Shown: positions 29,422-37,914 of the stretch, one piece after another
Position numbering within the stretch: position 1 is the first letter of the stretch
Layout of the letters: every line of letters starts with the position of its first letter
From: a virus
Taxonomy: Duplodnaviria; Heunggongvirae; Uroviricota; Caudoviricetes
Strand: one strand, 5' to 3'
Length of the DNA stretch: 47,550 nucleotides
IMG/VR virus record: IMGVR_UViG_2534681704_000008
Translations under genes and position numbers: made by a program
The notes under the pieces: model-generated
The model's database searches: none
What the model was told of the DNA's origin: nothing
Seen by the model: the letters and a program-made list of their open reading frames with translations, nothing else

Positions 29422-29781
29422 TCACGGCGCGCACTCCCCAATAATGATCTGCCCCTTCTCTCCCCAAAGTTTTGTAACCCGGCCATCCCAGACGCGGCTG
29501 TCGTCGTCGAAAATGGCATCGAGTAGCGCCTTTTCCAGGTTGTCTTTATCCGGTTTCTGCTGATGCGCCTGGCCGTTGAGTTGCGCGCGCTTCTTCTGGC
29601 TCCAGCTTTTTGGCATGGGAATAATGAAGGTGATGTGATAACCGGATTCAGGAATGTTGATTCCAAGCAGGCGCACTTCGGCTTTGAAAGCCCAATATGC
29701 CGCCGTCGCAGGTCTTTTATGCCAGCGATCTCTCTGTGTCATGCGCGGCTTACTGACCGGCGTGATATCGTAAATATTCAT
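29422..29781 (-). CDS. rusA: RusA Holliday-junction resolvase
   Basis: 119 aa from MNIYDITPVSKPRMTQRDRW; typical nin-region position; ATGA overlap with upstream gene. Confidence 0.8.
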   Translation of the reverse strand: MNIYDITPVSKPRMTQRDRWHKRPATAAYWAFKAEVRLLGINIPESGYHITFIIPMPKSWSQKKRAQLNGQAHQQKPDKDNLEKALLDAIFDDDSRVWDGRVTKLWGEKGQIIIGECAP

Positions 29782-30068
29782 ACCTTTACAAGCCCCTCTT
29801 TCAGCCAGATAACCTGCGTGCGGGCCATGCCTTCCAGCGCGCACTCCTTTGCATATTCGGCATCTACCAAACGCGTACGGCGATCTATCTCGTCGTGGCA
29901 GCTGCTGCATGCGATGGTGGCGATCAGGTCAGGCGGCTTAATTCCGGTTCCGCACAGGCCGGCAAGGCGGATATGTGCCAGCACTGAGGTTTCAGGATTG
30001 CCGTTGCATACGCCGGGGATCCGCACCTGACATTCGCGGCCGCGTGCCGCTTTGCACAAATTAGCCAT
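29778..30068 (-). CDS. Cys-rich nin-region protein
   Basis: 96 aa, MANLCKAARGRECQVRIPGVCNGNPETS with several Cys pairs. Confidence 0.6.
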   Translation of the reverse strand: MANLCKAARGRECQVRIPGVCNGNPETSVLAHIRLAGLCGTGIKPPDLIATIACSSCHDEIDRRTRLVDAEYAKECALEGMARTQVIWLKEGLVKV

Positions 30069-30231
30069 GCGCCCTCCGTGCCGCGAGGCGCAGCCATTTC
30101 TGATCCACCAGGCGGGCGGTGTAGTCTTTCATGGTCGGGATGTCGGACGGCTTAACCGCGGGCTTGCGCTGGCGGCGCGCCGGAACGCGGAAGATTTCGT
30201 TTGTGATGACGCGTGCGAGAGGGTTATTCAT
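30061..30231 (-). CDS. Small nin-region protein absent from the ORF track
   Basis: 56 aa (MNNPLARVITNEIFRVPARRQRKPAVKPSD...); ATGA overlap with ninB stop and overlap with the next start. Confidence 0.45.
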   Translation of the reverse strand: MNNPLARVITNEIFRVPARRQRKPAVKPSDIPTMKDYTARLVDQKWLRLAARRAHG

Positions 30232-30665
30232 GCAAGCCTCCCGAAATAATCGCCACGATAACGTACATCGCGAAGCTGGACGTTCTGACTGACGGCGAAA
30301 GCCTGGGTGTACTCAATCAGGCTGTTCATCCGTTTGATCCCCATCGATGAGGTGCTTTCGCGAATTGCCACCAATTCGCCCTCAAGCCCGGCGATAACCT
30401 TCCCCTGCCCGCCAGTGGCAATGGAGTGACCGGAAACCAGAATTGACTTCCATGACGGAAGCGACCACGCAGATCCAGCCCACTGAATGCGATGCTTTGC
30501 CAGGTCGCCGCAAAGCGCGTGGAATAGTGAATTCTGAGGCAGGGTGCGCTTAGGGTCGGCAAAACTCACTACGAGCGGGAAATCTGCGTTTACAGGCTGT
30601 TTGTTGATGTAGTCAATGAGGTTGCGGCGAACCTGCTCGTCACGGAGGTAAAATTTAATACTCAT
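30228..30665 (-). CDS. ninB: NinB recombination protein
   Basis: 145 aa from MSIKFYLRDEQ (ATG 30665, GGAGGTG RBS); FPLVVSFADPKRTLPQNSLFHALCGD resembles lambda NinB. Confidence 0.75.
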   Translation of the reverse strand: MSIKFYLRDEQVRRNLIDYINKQPVNADFPLVVSFADPKRTLPQNSLFHALCGDLAKHRIQWAGSAWSLPSWKSILVSGHSIATGGQGKVIAGLEGELVAIRESTSSMGIKRMNSLIEYTQAFAVSQNVQLRDVRYRGDYFGRLA

Positions 30666-30871
30666 ACGCCACCTCCGAGAGGTAACGCAGAATGCAGAAA
30701 ATCGCAGGTGCATTTCTGCATCTGTGACAATGTTAGGAGTTCAGATTGTGGTCGCATTTAAGTCCCCTTAAATGCGCAGAAGTCACCGGAGTTGTTCAGG
30801 CTCCGATGACATGATTATGGCGGGTTGATTTCAGAAAATCAAAGTAGTTTTTGTTATGCGTTACTTATGCC

Positions 30872-31273
30872 TTATTTCAATTCGTAGATGAGGCAATCAA
30901 CGATTTCAAGACCGTTCACCATAGAGTTAGTTAAACGAATCGTGCTATTGCTGATCCTAGAAAATCCTTTAAGCATCTTATATAGATAATCATTATCGCC
31001 TTTAGCTTCGATTGTATCCAAAGGGATTGGCTTGTACTTTTTCGAAACGCTATTTCTGTTTATGTCACTGATTTTCTTATAAACATATGCTGGCCCTCGT
31101 TCTTGAATTTCTTTTATTACCAACATATATCGCCATGATAGATCTGGATAATAGAACCACAATGCGGCATCAACAGTTAAATTCTCTGCTTTCAATTTTT
31201 TTAACAAAAATTGTCCGGAGAACTCCATGTCTTTAGTCAACTCCCTGCCGACTACCAGTGTGTTTTTAACCAT
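30872..31273 (-). CDS. Hypothetical protein, partner of the HEPN-like gene
   Basis: 133 aa, Lys-rich, very low GC; 22-nt overlap with the upstream gene. Confidence 0.5.
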   Translation of the reverse strand: MVKNTLVVGRELTKDMEFSGQFLLKKLKAENLTVDAALWFYYPDLSWRYMLVIKEIQERGPAYVYKKISDINRNSVSKKYKPIPLDTIEAKGDNDYLYKMLKGFSRISNSTIRLTNSMVNGLEIVDCLIYELK

Positions 31274-31668
31274 TTCAAAACTCCAGATTGTTGGTCACCT
31301 ACAGCATCAATAAGTTGTTCTGACAATGCTCTAGTTATGTTGGTATCGTAACGAAACTGCTCACTCCAGTCTTTCACGACAGTCCAGTTTATTTCTAACG
31401 ATGCATCATTTCTTGAGTCGGCAATCAACATTTGATGTAAGTTAGCGATCTTCAGAAGTTTCGATAAATCATGAGTGTAGGAATCGTTCACTGTGGTCTT
31501 GTTAGGGAATTCATGTTGCAAAAATGTCTTTGCAATACAAGCCTTGAGCGCACATTCCACAGCATAACCACAAAGATAATAGGCACCATGGTATAACCCA
31601 TTAGCAAATAAACATTTAGCTTCGTCAAATCTAATGGTAGACAAGGATTCAAGATCATTCTTAGTCAT
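31252..31668 (-). CDS. HEPN-like domain protein (candidate toxin/abortive-infection effector)
   Basis: 138 aa; N-terminal helix FDEAKCLFANGLYHGAYYLCGYAVECALKACIAK is HEPN-like; low GC; no canonical Rx4-6H seen. Confidence 0.5.
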   Translation of the reverse strand: MTKNDLESLSTIRFDEAKCLFANGLYHGAYYLCGYAVECALKACIAKTFLQHEFPNKTTVNDSYTHDLSKLLKIANLHQMLIADSRNDASLEINWTVVKDWSEQFRYDTNITRALSEQLIDAVGDQQSGVLKWLKTHW

Positions 31669-31739
31669 ATAATTCTAGCTGGAATTATGTTCATTTCTCA
31701 GGATTATACCCCTTTTAGGCATTGAGTTGTAAGTTGATT

Positions 31740-31910
31740 TTGTTTTCTATCAAGCATCTAGTTCAGCTATCCGCCTTTCTTTGGCTTCCAGCTCATCCAG
31801 CAGCGCCAGCACATCGCGAGTGTGAGCCTCAAGCACGGGATTAAGTTGTCTTTCGCTCTCTCAGCCGCTTCTCTTAATGCGCGTTTAGCGAGTTTGTCGA
31901 TGCTGCTCAT
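31740..31910 (-). pseudogene. Small early gene with an apparent -1 frameshift
   Basis: N-terminal frame MSSIDKLAKRALREAAERAKDNLIP; C-terminal frame VLEAHTRDVLALLDELEAKERRIAELDA; shift at a C/G run near 31837. Confidence 0.4.
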
Positions 31911-32104
31911 TGGGCGGCCTCCTGCATGGCTGGGTCTGCTGGTAAAGTCATGTGCGGCACTTCAATCAGTTCTGCCCGAGCATCAGCCGTGTTCAGCGCC
32001 ATTAATGCGACGATCCGCTTCTGCTCAGCATCCATTCGTAAAGCTACTGTCTTGCCGTTCATATTGAAGAACACCGCAACGTTTTTGATATCTTCGATTT
32101 TCAT
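31907..32104 (-). CDS. Small hypothetical protein
   Basis: 65 aa from MKIEDIKNV (GGGGGAGGG RBS); ATGA-type overlaps with neighbours. Confidence 0.5.
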   Translation of the reverse strand: MKIEDIKNVAVFFNMNGKTVALRMDAEQKRIVALMALNTADARAELIEVPHMTLPADPAMQEAAQ

Positions 32105-32445
32105 ACCCCTACCCTCCCCCAAACCATCAATACTCGCTTCATAGCCGGACTATTCCGGCACTCCTGGCAGATAACGTTTGTGTCTGTCCGCTGAATTAAC
32201 TTCGACTTGCCCTGCTTAATGCCCGGTATCGTGTCAGGGGCGAAGCGCATGCCGTAACTGGTCAGGCTATACAGGCGCTGACCATATTTGCCTTCGCAGC
32301 TGATCAGCCCATCGGCCAGCAGCGTGCTCACCGTCCCGGATATTTTTTTGGTGTCCATACCGATAAGTCCTGCCAGCTTAGCGTTGTTCAGCCCTGGGTT
32401 ATTACGCAGGGCGGCCAGCACCTGCTCACGGATTGTTATGGTCAT
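32101..32445 (-). CDS. Small winged-helix-like protein downstream of P
   Basis: 114 aa from MTITIREQVLAALRNNPGLNNAKLAGLIGMD. Confidence 0.5.
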   Translation of the reverse strand: MTITIREQVLAALRNNPGLNNAKLAGLIGMDTKKISGTVSTLLADGLISCEGKYGQRLYSLTSYGMRFAPDTIPGIKQGKSKLIQRTDTNVICQECRNSPAMKRVLMVWGRVGV

Positions 32446-32446
32446 G

Positions 32447-33136
32447 TCACACCATCCCGTTCGACTTGTTTCGGTTGTACTTCGCCAGCAGCAGCTGGAT
32501 CGGCGTCGGACCGTGCTCGGCAGCCGGTGCTGCAATTGCCCGGCGTACCGGCGGCACAGGCTTACCCTCGGTGACGCGCTTCTCCCACATGTCCAGCAAA
32601 TCGCCTGCCTCGCGTGCCAGCTCACCATGCGTTAACTGGCGCTCAGTGCTGCGGTGGCGCAATTCTACGCAAATGTGGTACATGACCGGCTGCGACCATG
32701 GAAATTGCTCGCTGGAGGTGAATTCGAACGAACGGTTACGCCAGTCCCAGTATTCGGCGATCACCTGGTCAACGTTGATTCCTAGCGCCCCGCCACTCTG
32801 TTTGCACCAGGCGACGAACTGGCCCGGCGACGGCAGGAATGGGCGCTCCTGGCGGCGGGCAATGCGCATACCGGCATCGACTTGCGCCATTGAGTGGATC
32901 CCGTTCTCCTGAAACGCCAGCAGCCACTGACGGCGGAATTCGTTCAGGTCGTCCTGGGTGCGGAAGTTCGCCATGCTGGCCGGGAACGCGGCACGCAGTT
33001 CGTTGAACAGCTTGTTGAATACCTGCGCCACCTGCTCTACTGGCGCCCGCTCCTGGTACTGATCTGGCAGGTTATGGGCCATGCGGCTCATCTGCTCGCG
33101 GTCATGGTTACGCATCTGCTCTGCAAGAGATTTCAT
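32447..33136 (-). CDS. P: Replication protein P (helicase loader)
   Basis: 229 aa; RPFLPSPGQFVAWC and FDREQMSRMAHNLPDQY closely resemble lambda P. Confidence 0.85.
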   Translation of the reverse strand: MKSLAEQMRNHDREQMSRMAHNLPDQYQERAPVEQVAQVFNKLFNELRAAFPASMANFRTQDDLNEFRRQWLLAFQENGIHSMAQVDAGMRIARRQERPFLPSPGQFVAWCKQSGGALGINVDQVIAEYWDWRNRSFEFTSSEQFPWSQPVMYHICVELRHRSTERQLTHGELAREAGDLLDMWEKRVTEGKPVPPVRRAIAAPAAEHGPTPIQLLLAKYNRNKSNGMV

Positions 33137-34098
33137 CGGATCACCCCATAGGCCCAGTCAGTGTTGTTGAAGTCCAGTTCCTGCTTGACGGCGCGCTGCT
33201 CACCACCAGCGCTGCGCTGCATCGTCAGCTTGTCCCACTGCTTACGCAGGCTTTCCGGGCTCAGGATGTTGGTCTGCCAGAAGTGGTGTTTGCTGGCCCA
33301 GTCATACAGCGCGCAGATATCCTGGTGCGACCGGTTATCTATCTGTCGCATCAGGCGAACGGTGTTAGACCAGGAGGTCATGTCCGGGGCTTTGCAGGTT
33401 GGGTTAATCAGCTTCACCCTTGTGGAAATCCACTGGGCGGTTTTTAGGTCTTCAGCCGATCCCCACTTCGCACCGGATGGTGTGTAGATCGCAGCTTCAG
33501 GATGAGCTGATAAAAATTTCTTCAGGCGTGCGTCTGAGGATTCGCCAGAATTCTCGGACGAAGATCTTTTAATGTTTTTATTGTTGTTATTACATTGTTG
33601 TTCATGATTCTCGGTGAAACGCTCGGATAAATGCGCGCAGTTATGCGCGGCATCACCTTCCGAAGCCGCACCATCACTGGCTTCGCCATGCTCGGCATTA
33701 AGCGCGGAGATATGCGCGGTGAAACGCTCGGGTGGATTGTCCATTTTTTGAGCATATTCAGCGTAATTTGTGATGGTTATCACAGAGCCTTTTCGCTTCT
33801 CTCCGGAGCGGGAAATCATTCCTTCACGCTCGAAAACATCAAGCATCCTGTCGACGGCGTGGCGACTGCATGGCTTCCCTTCCCTGTCGCATAAATTCAG
33901 CCCGAGATCGGCTGAGGTGGTGACCAGTTGTCCGGTTTGCAGCGGCCATTGGCGCCCCTTGAAGTTTGCCGTGTATGGCTGGCGGGCAGCACACAGCAGC
34001 AGGTTTTCCCACAGCGTGCGCAGGAAGACGTCCTTCGACCAGGTTTGCTTAAGAACACTCCGGTACAACGGGATGAATCCGGTTTTCTGGTTCTCCAT
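33133..34098 (-). CDS. O: Replication initiator O
   Basis: 321 aa from MENQKTGFIPLYR (ATG 34098, AGGAGC RBS; the ORF-track start at 34155 is GTG); contains ori repeats and an Asn-rich AT-rich linker. Confidence 0.75.
   Translation of the reverse strand: MENQKTGFIPLYRSVLKQTWSKDVFLRTLWENLLLCAARQPYTANFKGRQWPLQTGQLVTTSADLGLNLCDREGKPCSRHAVDRMLDVFEREGMISRSGEKRKGSVITITNYAEYAQKMDNPPERFTAHISALNAEHGEASDGAASEGDAAHNCAHLSERFTENHEQQCNNNNKNIKRSSSENSGESSDARLKKFLSAHPEAAIYTPSGAKWGSAEDLKTAQWISTRVKLINPTCKAPDMTSWSNTVRLMRQIDNRSHQDICALYDWASKHHFWQTNILSPESLRKQWDKLTMQRSAGGEQRAVKQELDFNNTDWAYGVIR
33550..33740. repeat. Putative replication origin inside O (iteron-like repeats plus AT-rich tract)
   Basis: GGTGAAACGCTCGG at 33612-33625 and 33717-33730; (A/T)ATGCGCGG three times; adjacent AT-rich tract 33551-33600. 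Confidence 0.55.
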
Positions 34099-34283
34099 CC
34101 GGTTGCTCCTGGCGGCTGAGTGCGCCGCGAAATTAGCGTAAGCGACGTTCGACACAGTTAAACCTCCTGCGCCTGGCGTTTTGGATTAGCGTTTGTCATA
34201 ATGACCTCGCAATTGACTGACGTTTGTTGCACCAGAAAGTCGGTTCTGTTCGCGCAGACCGGCTTTCGCCATTTCTGTATTTC

Positions 34284-34778
34284 TCACATAACCCCCAGCA
34301 TTGATGTAACCATCGTCATCAGTGGCCCTACCTGCTCCGGCATGAGGCGGAACAGCGAAGCTATACCCTCGCTTACCTCTTTCAGCTTCTGATGCTCTGG
34401 AGCGTCCAGCAGCACAGCCTGTTTAGCCTCTGCGAGTTCTTTCTCGGCTTCAGCCAGGCGAGACATTTTGCAATCGGCACCGATCAGGCGAGTGCGATAC
34501 TCAACCGGCAGCACGGCCATGATTGCTGGCGTCAGCTGGCGCACGTTCTCGCGGTACTGCTCGGAGTCGAAACGGTTGTCCAGAAAGCGGAACAGCTTCT
34601 GGCGGGCCCGGCTGATGTCTTCCGGGAAGCTGATAGCGGTCCCGCCCTGCTCCCGGTATTCGTTGATGATCAGCGCCGAAACGACGTCCTGATTGTCCAG
34701 CGCCGACGACCATGCCCGGACCGCATCGCGGATCTTTTCGTGGTCCGGCGCCGCCTTAGGTTGAGCGCGGTTTATCAT
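34284..34778 (-). CDS. YdaT-like protein
   Basis: 164 aa from MINRAQPK; EYREQGG and LTPAIMAVLPVEYRTRL resemble E. coli Rac YdaT. Confidence 0.6.
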   Translation of the reverse strand: MINRAQPKAAPDHEKIRDAVRAWSSALDNQDVVSALIINEYREQGGTAISFPEDISRARQKLFRFLDNRFDSEQYRENVRQLTPAIMAVLPVEYRTRLIGADCKMSRLAEAEKELAEAKQAVLLDAPEHQKLKEVSEGIASLFRLMPEQVGPLMTMVTSMLGVM

Positions 34779-34843
34779 CGCTCCCGGGTGTATTCCGGTA
34801 TTGTGTTGATACGCAAGTGAATGCATTGCTTTCCCTTTCGTGG

Positions 34844-35077
34844 TTAGGCCGCAGTATCACGCGGCGATGCGAATACCAGGCTTTCTTTGAGGACCGGAGC
34901 CTGACGGTGAAAATTCTTCGTGCCTTTCTCGATAGCAGATGCCATTTCTGGAGATGCCCGGCGATTTCCGTAGGCGATCTGGTCCAGGTAACCTGGCGTC
35001 GTGTTAGCCAACTTTGCGAGCTGCGCCCATTCGTCGGTAGTGGCGGCCTTGCGCCAGCGGTGTAGTTCAGTGCTCAT
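34844..35077 (-). CDS. Cro-like repressor (YdaS/Cro HTH family)
   Basis: 77 aa, divergent from cI across the operator region. Confidence 0.7.
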   Translation of the reverse strand: MSTELHRWRKAATTDEWAQLAKLANTTPGYLDQIAYGNRRASPEMASAIEKGTKNFHRQAPVLKESLVFASPRDTAA

Positions 35078-35109
35078 TGTTGTCTCCGGGTGAGTCGTTT
35101 GATTTGGAG

Positions 35110-35174
35110 TTTAGCGTTATGCTAAATACTACGCAAGCATCATTTAGCAATTTGCACATTTATCATTTTGCTAA
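35110..35174. promoter_or_regulatory. OR operator cluster between cro and cI
   Basis: 17-bp palindrome TTTAGCgttatGCTAAA (35110-35126) plus weaker copies at about 35143-35159 and 35158-35174. Confidence 0.6.
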
Positions 35175-35193
35175 AAGAAGTAACAATGCAGGG

Positions 35194-35871
35194 ATGGAAA
35201 ATAAAGAAATCAGAAAAGCCAACCTGGAAGCGCTGTATGAGAAGCGCCAGCACGAGTCTGGAATGACCAAGGCACAGTTCGCCGAGCTCATCGAGACAAG
35301 TCCGGCTGCGCTTAGCCAGCTACTGGGACCAAACCCTCATCGCAATATCGGCGATAAGATGGCTCGCAAAATTGAATCTGCGCTTGATCTGCCTTTTGGC
35401 TGGATGGATGTTTTACACGCCAGTGAAGAACCTTCGAACGTTGCATTTCGAGGACTGAACGAGACAAAAGGAAGTTATCCTGTAATCAGCTGGGTAAGTG
35501 CGGGGCAATGGATGGAAGCTGTAGAACCTTATCACCGAAGAGCGATTGATCGCTGGTATGACACTACCGTTGTCTGCTCAGACGATTCATTCTGGCTGGA
35601 CGTTAAAGGGGATTCTATGACCTCCCCGGCCGGGCTGAGCATTCCTGAGGGAGCGGCTATTTTAGTTGATCCTGAAATCGAGCCACGCAATGGGAAGTTG
35701 GTTGTAGCGAAGCTTGAAGGCGATAACGAAGCGACCTTTAAGAAGCTTGTAATTGATGCCGGCAGACGCTTCCTTAAGCCACTTAACCCCGCATATCCAA
35801 TGATAGAGGTTAATGGCAACTGCAAAATTATCGGCGTTGTTGTTGATGCGAAGATACTAAACATCCCATAA
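35194..35871 (+). CDS. cI: CI repressor (HTH plus S24 LexA-like autopeptidase)
   Basis: 225 aa from MENKEIRK; intact catalytic Ser (GDSM) and Lys (FKKL). Confidence 0.85.
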   Translation: MENKEIRKANLEALYEKRQHESGMTKAQFAELIETSPAALSQLLGPNPHRNIGDKMARKIESALDLPFGWMDVLHASEEPSNVAFRGLNETKGSYPVISWVSAGQWMEAVEPYHRRAIDRWYDTTVVCSDDSFWLDVKGDSMTSPAGLSIPEGAAILVDPEIEPRNGKLVVAKLEGDNEATFKKLVIDAGRRFLKPLNPAYPMIEVNGNCKIIGVVVDAKILNIP

Positions 35872-35891
35872 CCTAACGCTAAACCCTTCAA

Positions 35892-35916
35892 GCCCGCCGT
35901 CGTGCGGGTTTTTTTA
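35892..35916 (+). terminator. Intrinsic terminator after cI
   Basis: cccgc-cgtcgt-gcggg hairpin followed by ttttttt. Confidence 0.6.
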
Positions 35917-35954
35917 TGCCCTAAATTCCTCCCCAGTAAATTTTAATCGCTTAT

Positions 35955-36028
35955 TAATCAATACGCTAAATAAAATCCATCAATAATTTAGCATTTTGCT
36001 ATTGCGCATAATTTAGCATCACGCTAAA
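35955..36028. promoter_or_regulatory. OL operator cluster
   Basis: Perfect TTTAGCatcacGCTAAA at 36012-36028 and weaker copies at 35987-36003 and 35955-35971. Confidence 0.6.
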
Positions 36029-36362
36029 TTTACCTCATCGAAACGAAACATCGACAGCTGAGCGAATTTAGCCAGCGGCGGACAGCAAGTCGCCTGCTTT
36101 TTAACAACATGCAAAGTCGGAACAGCACTCGGTAATCCTGTTTAGACCCCAACGCACAAAATGCGGCGTATCACCGGCGGCGAACCGGTCGGTGAGAAGG
36201 CTACCCCCTCGCGAGAGCGATAAAGGCGTGGGAACGGGCAACACTGGCGGGATGAGAGGTGCGAAGCGCAAACAGATTTATTCCAGTCCATTCGAAGTTG
36301 AGTGGGCTGGGCTGAATTAAGCATTACTCCCGCATCAGCGGGTAACGACAGAGGGTAAGACG

Positions 36363-36611
36363 ATGGCCATGCTCAGACTTTCTCCTGAAGAAGCGGTTAA
36401 ACAAATGACTGCATCGGGATTGATGGATGAATTGGATGCATTGATCGACAAATACAAAATCGACAAGGCAGCGCGCAGGTTATCGGGTGACAGAACGTGG
36501 CTCGTCGCTTCCGAAAGCATTTACGGGGAATTTTGCGGAGACACGTTAACACATGCCGTTCATATCTTCGTTTTGAGTTATGAGGCAAACAAAAATTCAT
36601 TGTTCGTCTGA
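36363..36611 (+). CDS. First early-left gene, hypothetical (no Arg-rich N-like motif)
   Basis: 82 aa, GAGGG RBS; first ORF after a ~320-nt leader from OL. Confidence 0.5.
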   Translation: MAMLRLSPEEAVKQMTASGLMDELDALIDKYKIDKAARRLSGDRTWLVASESIYGEFCGDTLTHAVHIFVLSYEANKNSLFV

Positions 36612-36770
36612 AGCCGCTTAACCAGCGGCTTTTTTCATACCTCAGTCGCTTCACCGAGGCGGCTTAGTTATGACAACCGGCGGCCATCCACCGCCCATTT
36701 AAACACTGAATAAATGCGTTGAAGTCTTGTATTAACCGTTCCGTTCGCCGCGATAAGGCCAAGAGGATTT

Positions 36771-37040
36771 ATGACAATTGATTTTGAAGTGAAAGCTACA
36801 GGTATTGATGTTTCAACAAGTGGTTACCGCGACCACGTCAATTTAGAAGTTCGTGGCGTGGAACTCTCAGACCTTGTCTCTGAAATTGAAGGGAAAGCGC
36901 TCTTTCAGGAAATCGATCTTGATGACTACATAGACTGGGCTGAGGCCGCTGGTCACATCGAAGACATTCTTGAACGGCTTGATGTAGATGAAGTTATCGC
37001 ATGGTTGCGCAGCAACGGGCACCTGGAGACTGAATCATGA
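36771..37040 (+). CDS. Small acidic hypothetical protein
   Basis: 89 aa, AAGAGGA RBS. Confidence 0.5.
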   Translation: MTIDFEVKATGIDVSTSGYRDHVNLEVRGVELSDLVSEIEGKALFQEIDLDDYIDWAEAAGHIEDILERLDVDEVIAWLRSNGHLETES

Positions 37041-37195
37041 CAGTCACCCACAACGACAAGCAGTACACCGTAAAAAAACTCAACGATAACGAGTGGCAGC
37101 TGACGTCGGTATCGAACCCGCGTGAAAAGCTGACGATGAACCGCTGGCACATGAAGCTGGCTGGGCTCCTGGAACAGGTTGAGGTGAAGGTATGA
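37037..37195 (+). CDS. Small hypothetical protein absent from the ORF track
   Basis: 52 aa (MTVTHNDKQYTVKKLNDNEWQ...), ATGA overlaps at both ends. Confidence 0.45.
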   Translation: MTVTHNDKQYTVKKLNDNEWQLTSVSNPREKLTMNRWHMKLAGLLEQVEVKV

Positions 37196-37398
37196 TTGGA
37201 ATGCACTACGGCACCGCATCAGTGCCACGCAGCGAGGTTTTACCGGGCACAATGCTGCAACACCACGGAAAAACTTATCGCGCCTCTGCGAACGTTGAGA
37301 AAGGCCTGTACGCCTTCAACATATTCGAAAAAACCATCATCAAAAGTGATTCCGTCGTTGTGCTGCTGAATGAGCGCGGCGAGCCGATGGTTCACTGA
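37192..37398 (+). CDS. Small hypothetical protein
   Basis: 68 aa, tiled in the operon. Confidence 0.45.
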   Translation: MIGMHYGTASVPRSEVLPGTMLQHHGKTYRASANVEKGLYAFNIFEKTIIKSDSVVVLLNERGEPMVH

Positions 37399-37408
37399 GG
37401 CCGCTGAT

Positions 37409-37843
37409 ATGGAAATCAAAACTCCAGCAAATCCAAGCAAAAAGGCGACGGCCAGGGTAAAGAATCCTCTTCCCGCGCCAACTAATTGTCACCTGTGCTC
37501 TGGTTCAGTGCGAATCGGCACTCATGAAGAAGTCTATGGACGCGACTTCAGTGAATGGCCGTATGTCTATCTGTGCGAATGCTGCGGAGCATACGTCGGG
37601 CTTCATCCTTTCACAGCGATACCTCTCGGGACTCTAGCAGACAAGCCAACCCGCGACGCGCGGAAGAGCTGCAAGATGCCTTTTGAACGGATCTGGAAGT
37701 CCGGAGCCATGACGCGCACTGAGGCATACCAATGGCTGGCTGGCAAGATGGGTATACCTGTTCATGAATGCCACTTCGGCTGGTTCACCGTAGAGCAGTG
37801 CCAGGCTGCAATGCATCACTGTAACGACTGGCTAAACCGCTAA
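37409..37843 (+). CDS. Cys/His-rich zinc-finger-like early protein
   Basis: 144 aa from MEIKTPANP; CHLCSG...CECCGAY...CHFGW...HHCNDW clusters. Confidence 0.5.
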   Translation: MEIKTPANPSKKATARVKNPLPAPTNCHLCSGSVRIGTHEEVYGRDFSEWPYVYLCECCGAYVGLHPFTAIPLGTLADKPTRDARKSCKMPFERIWKSGAMTRTEAYQWLAGKMGIPVHECHFGWFTVEQCQAAMHHCNDWLNR

Positions 37844-37914
37844 CCACCCTATTCAACGATCGGCCTGGCAATTCGCGGGCGGCCTCTGCACATCCAAATT
37901 TCAGGAGTTAAGCC

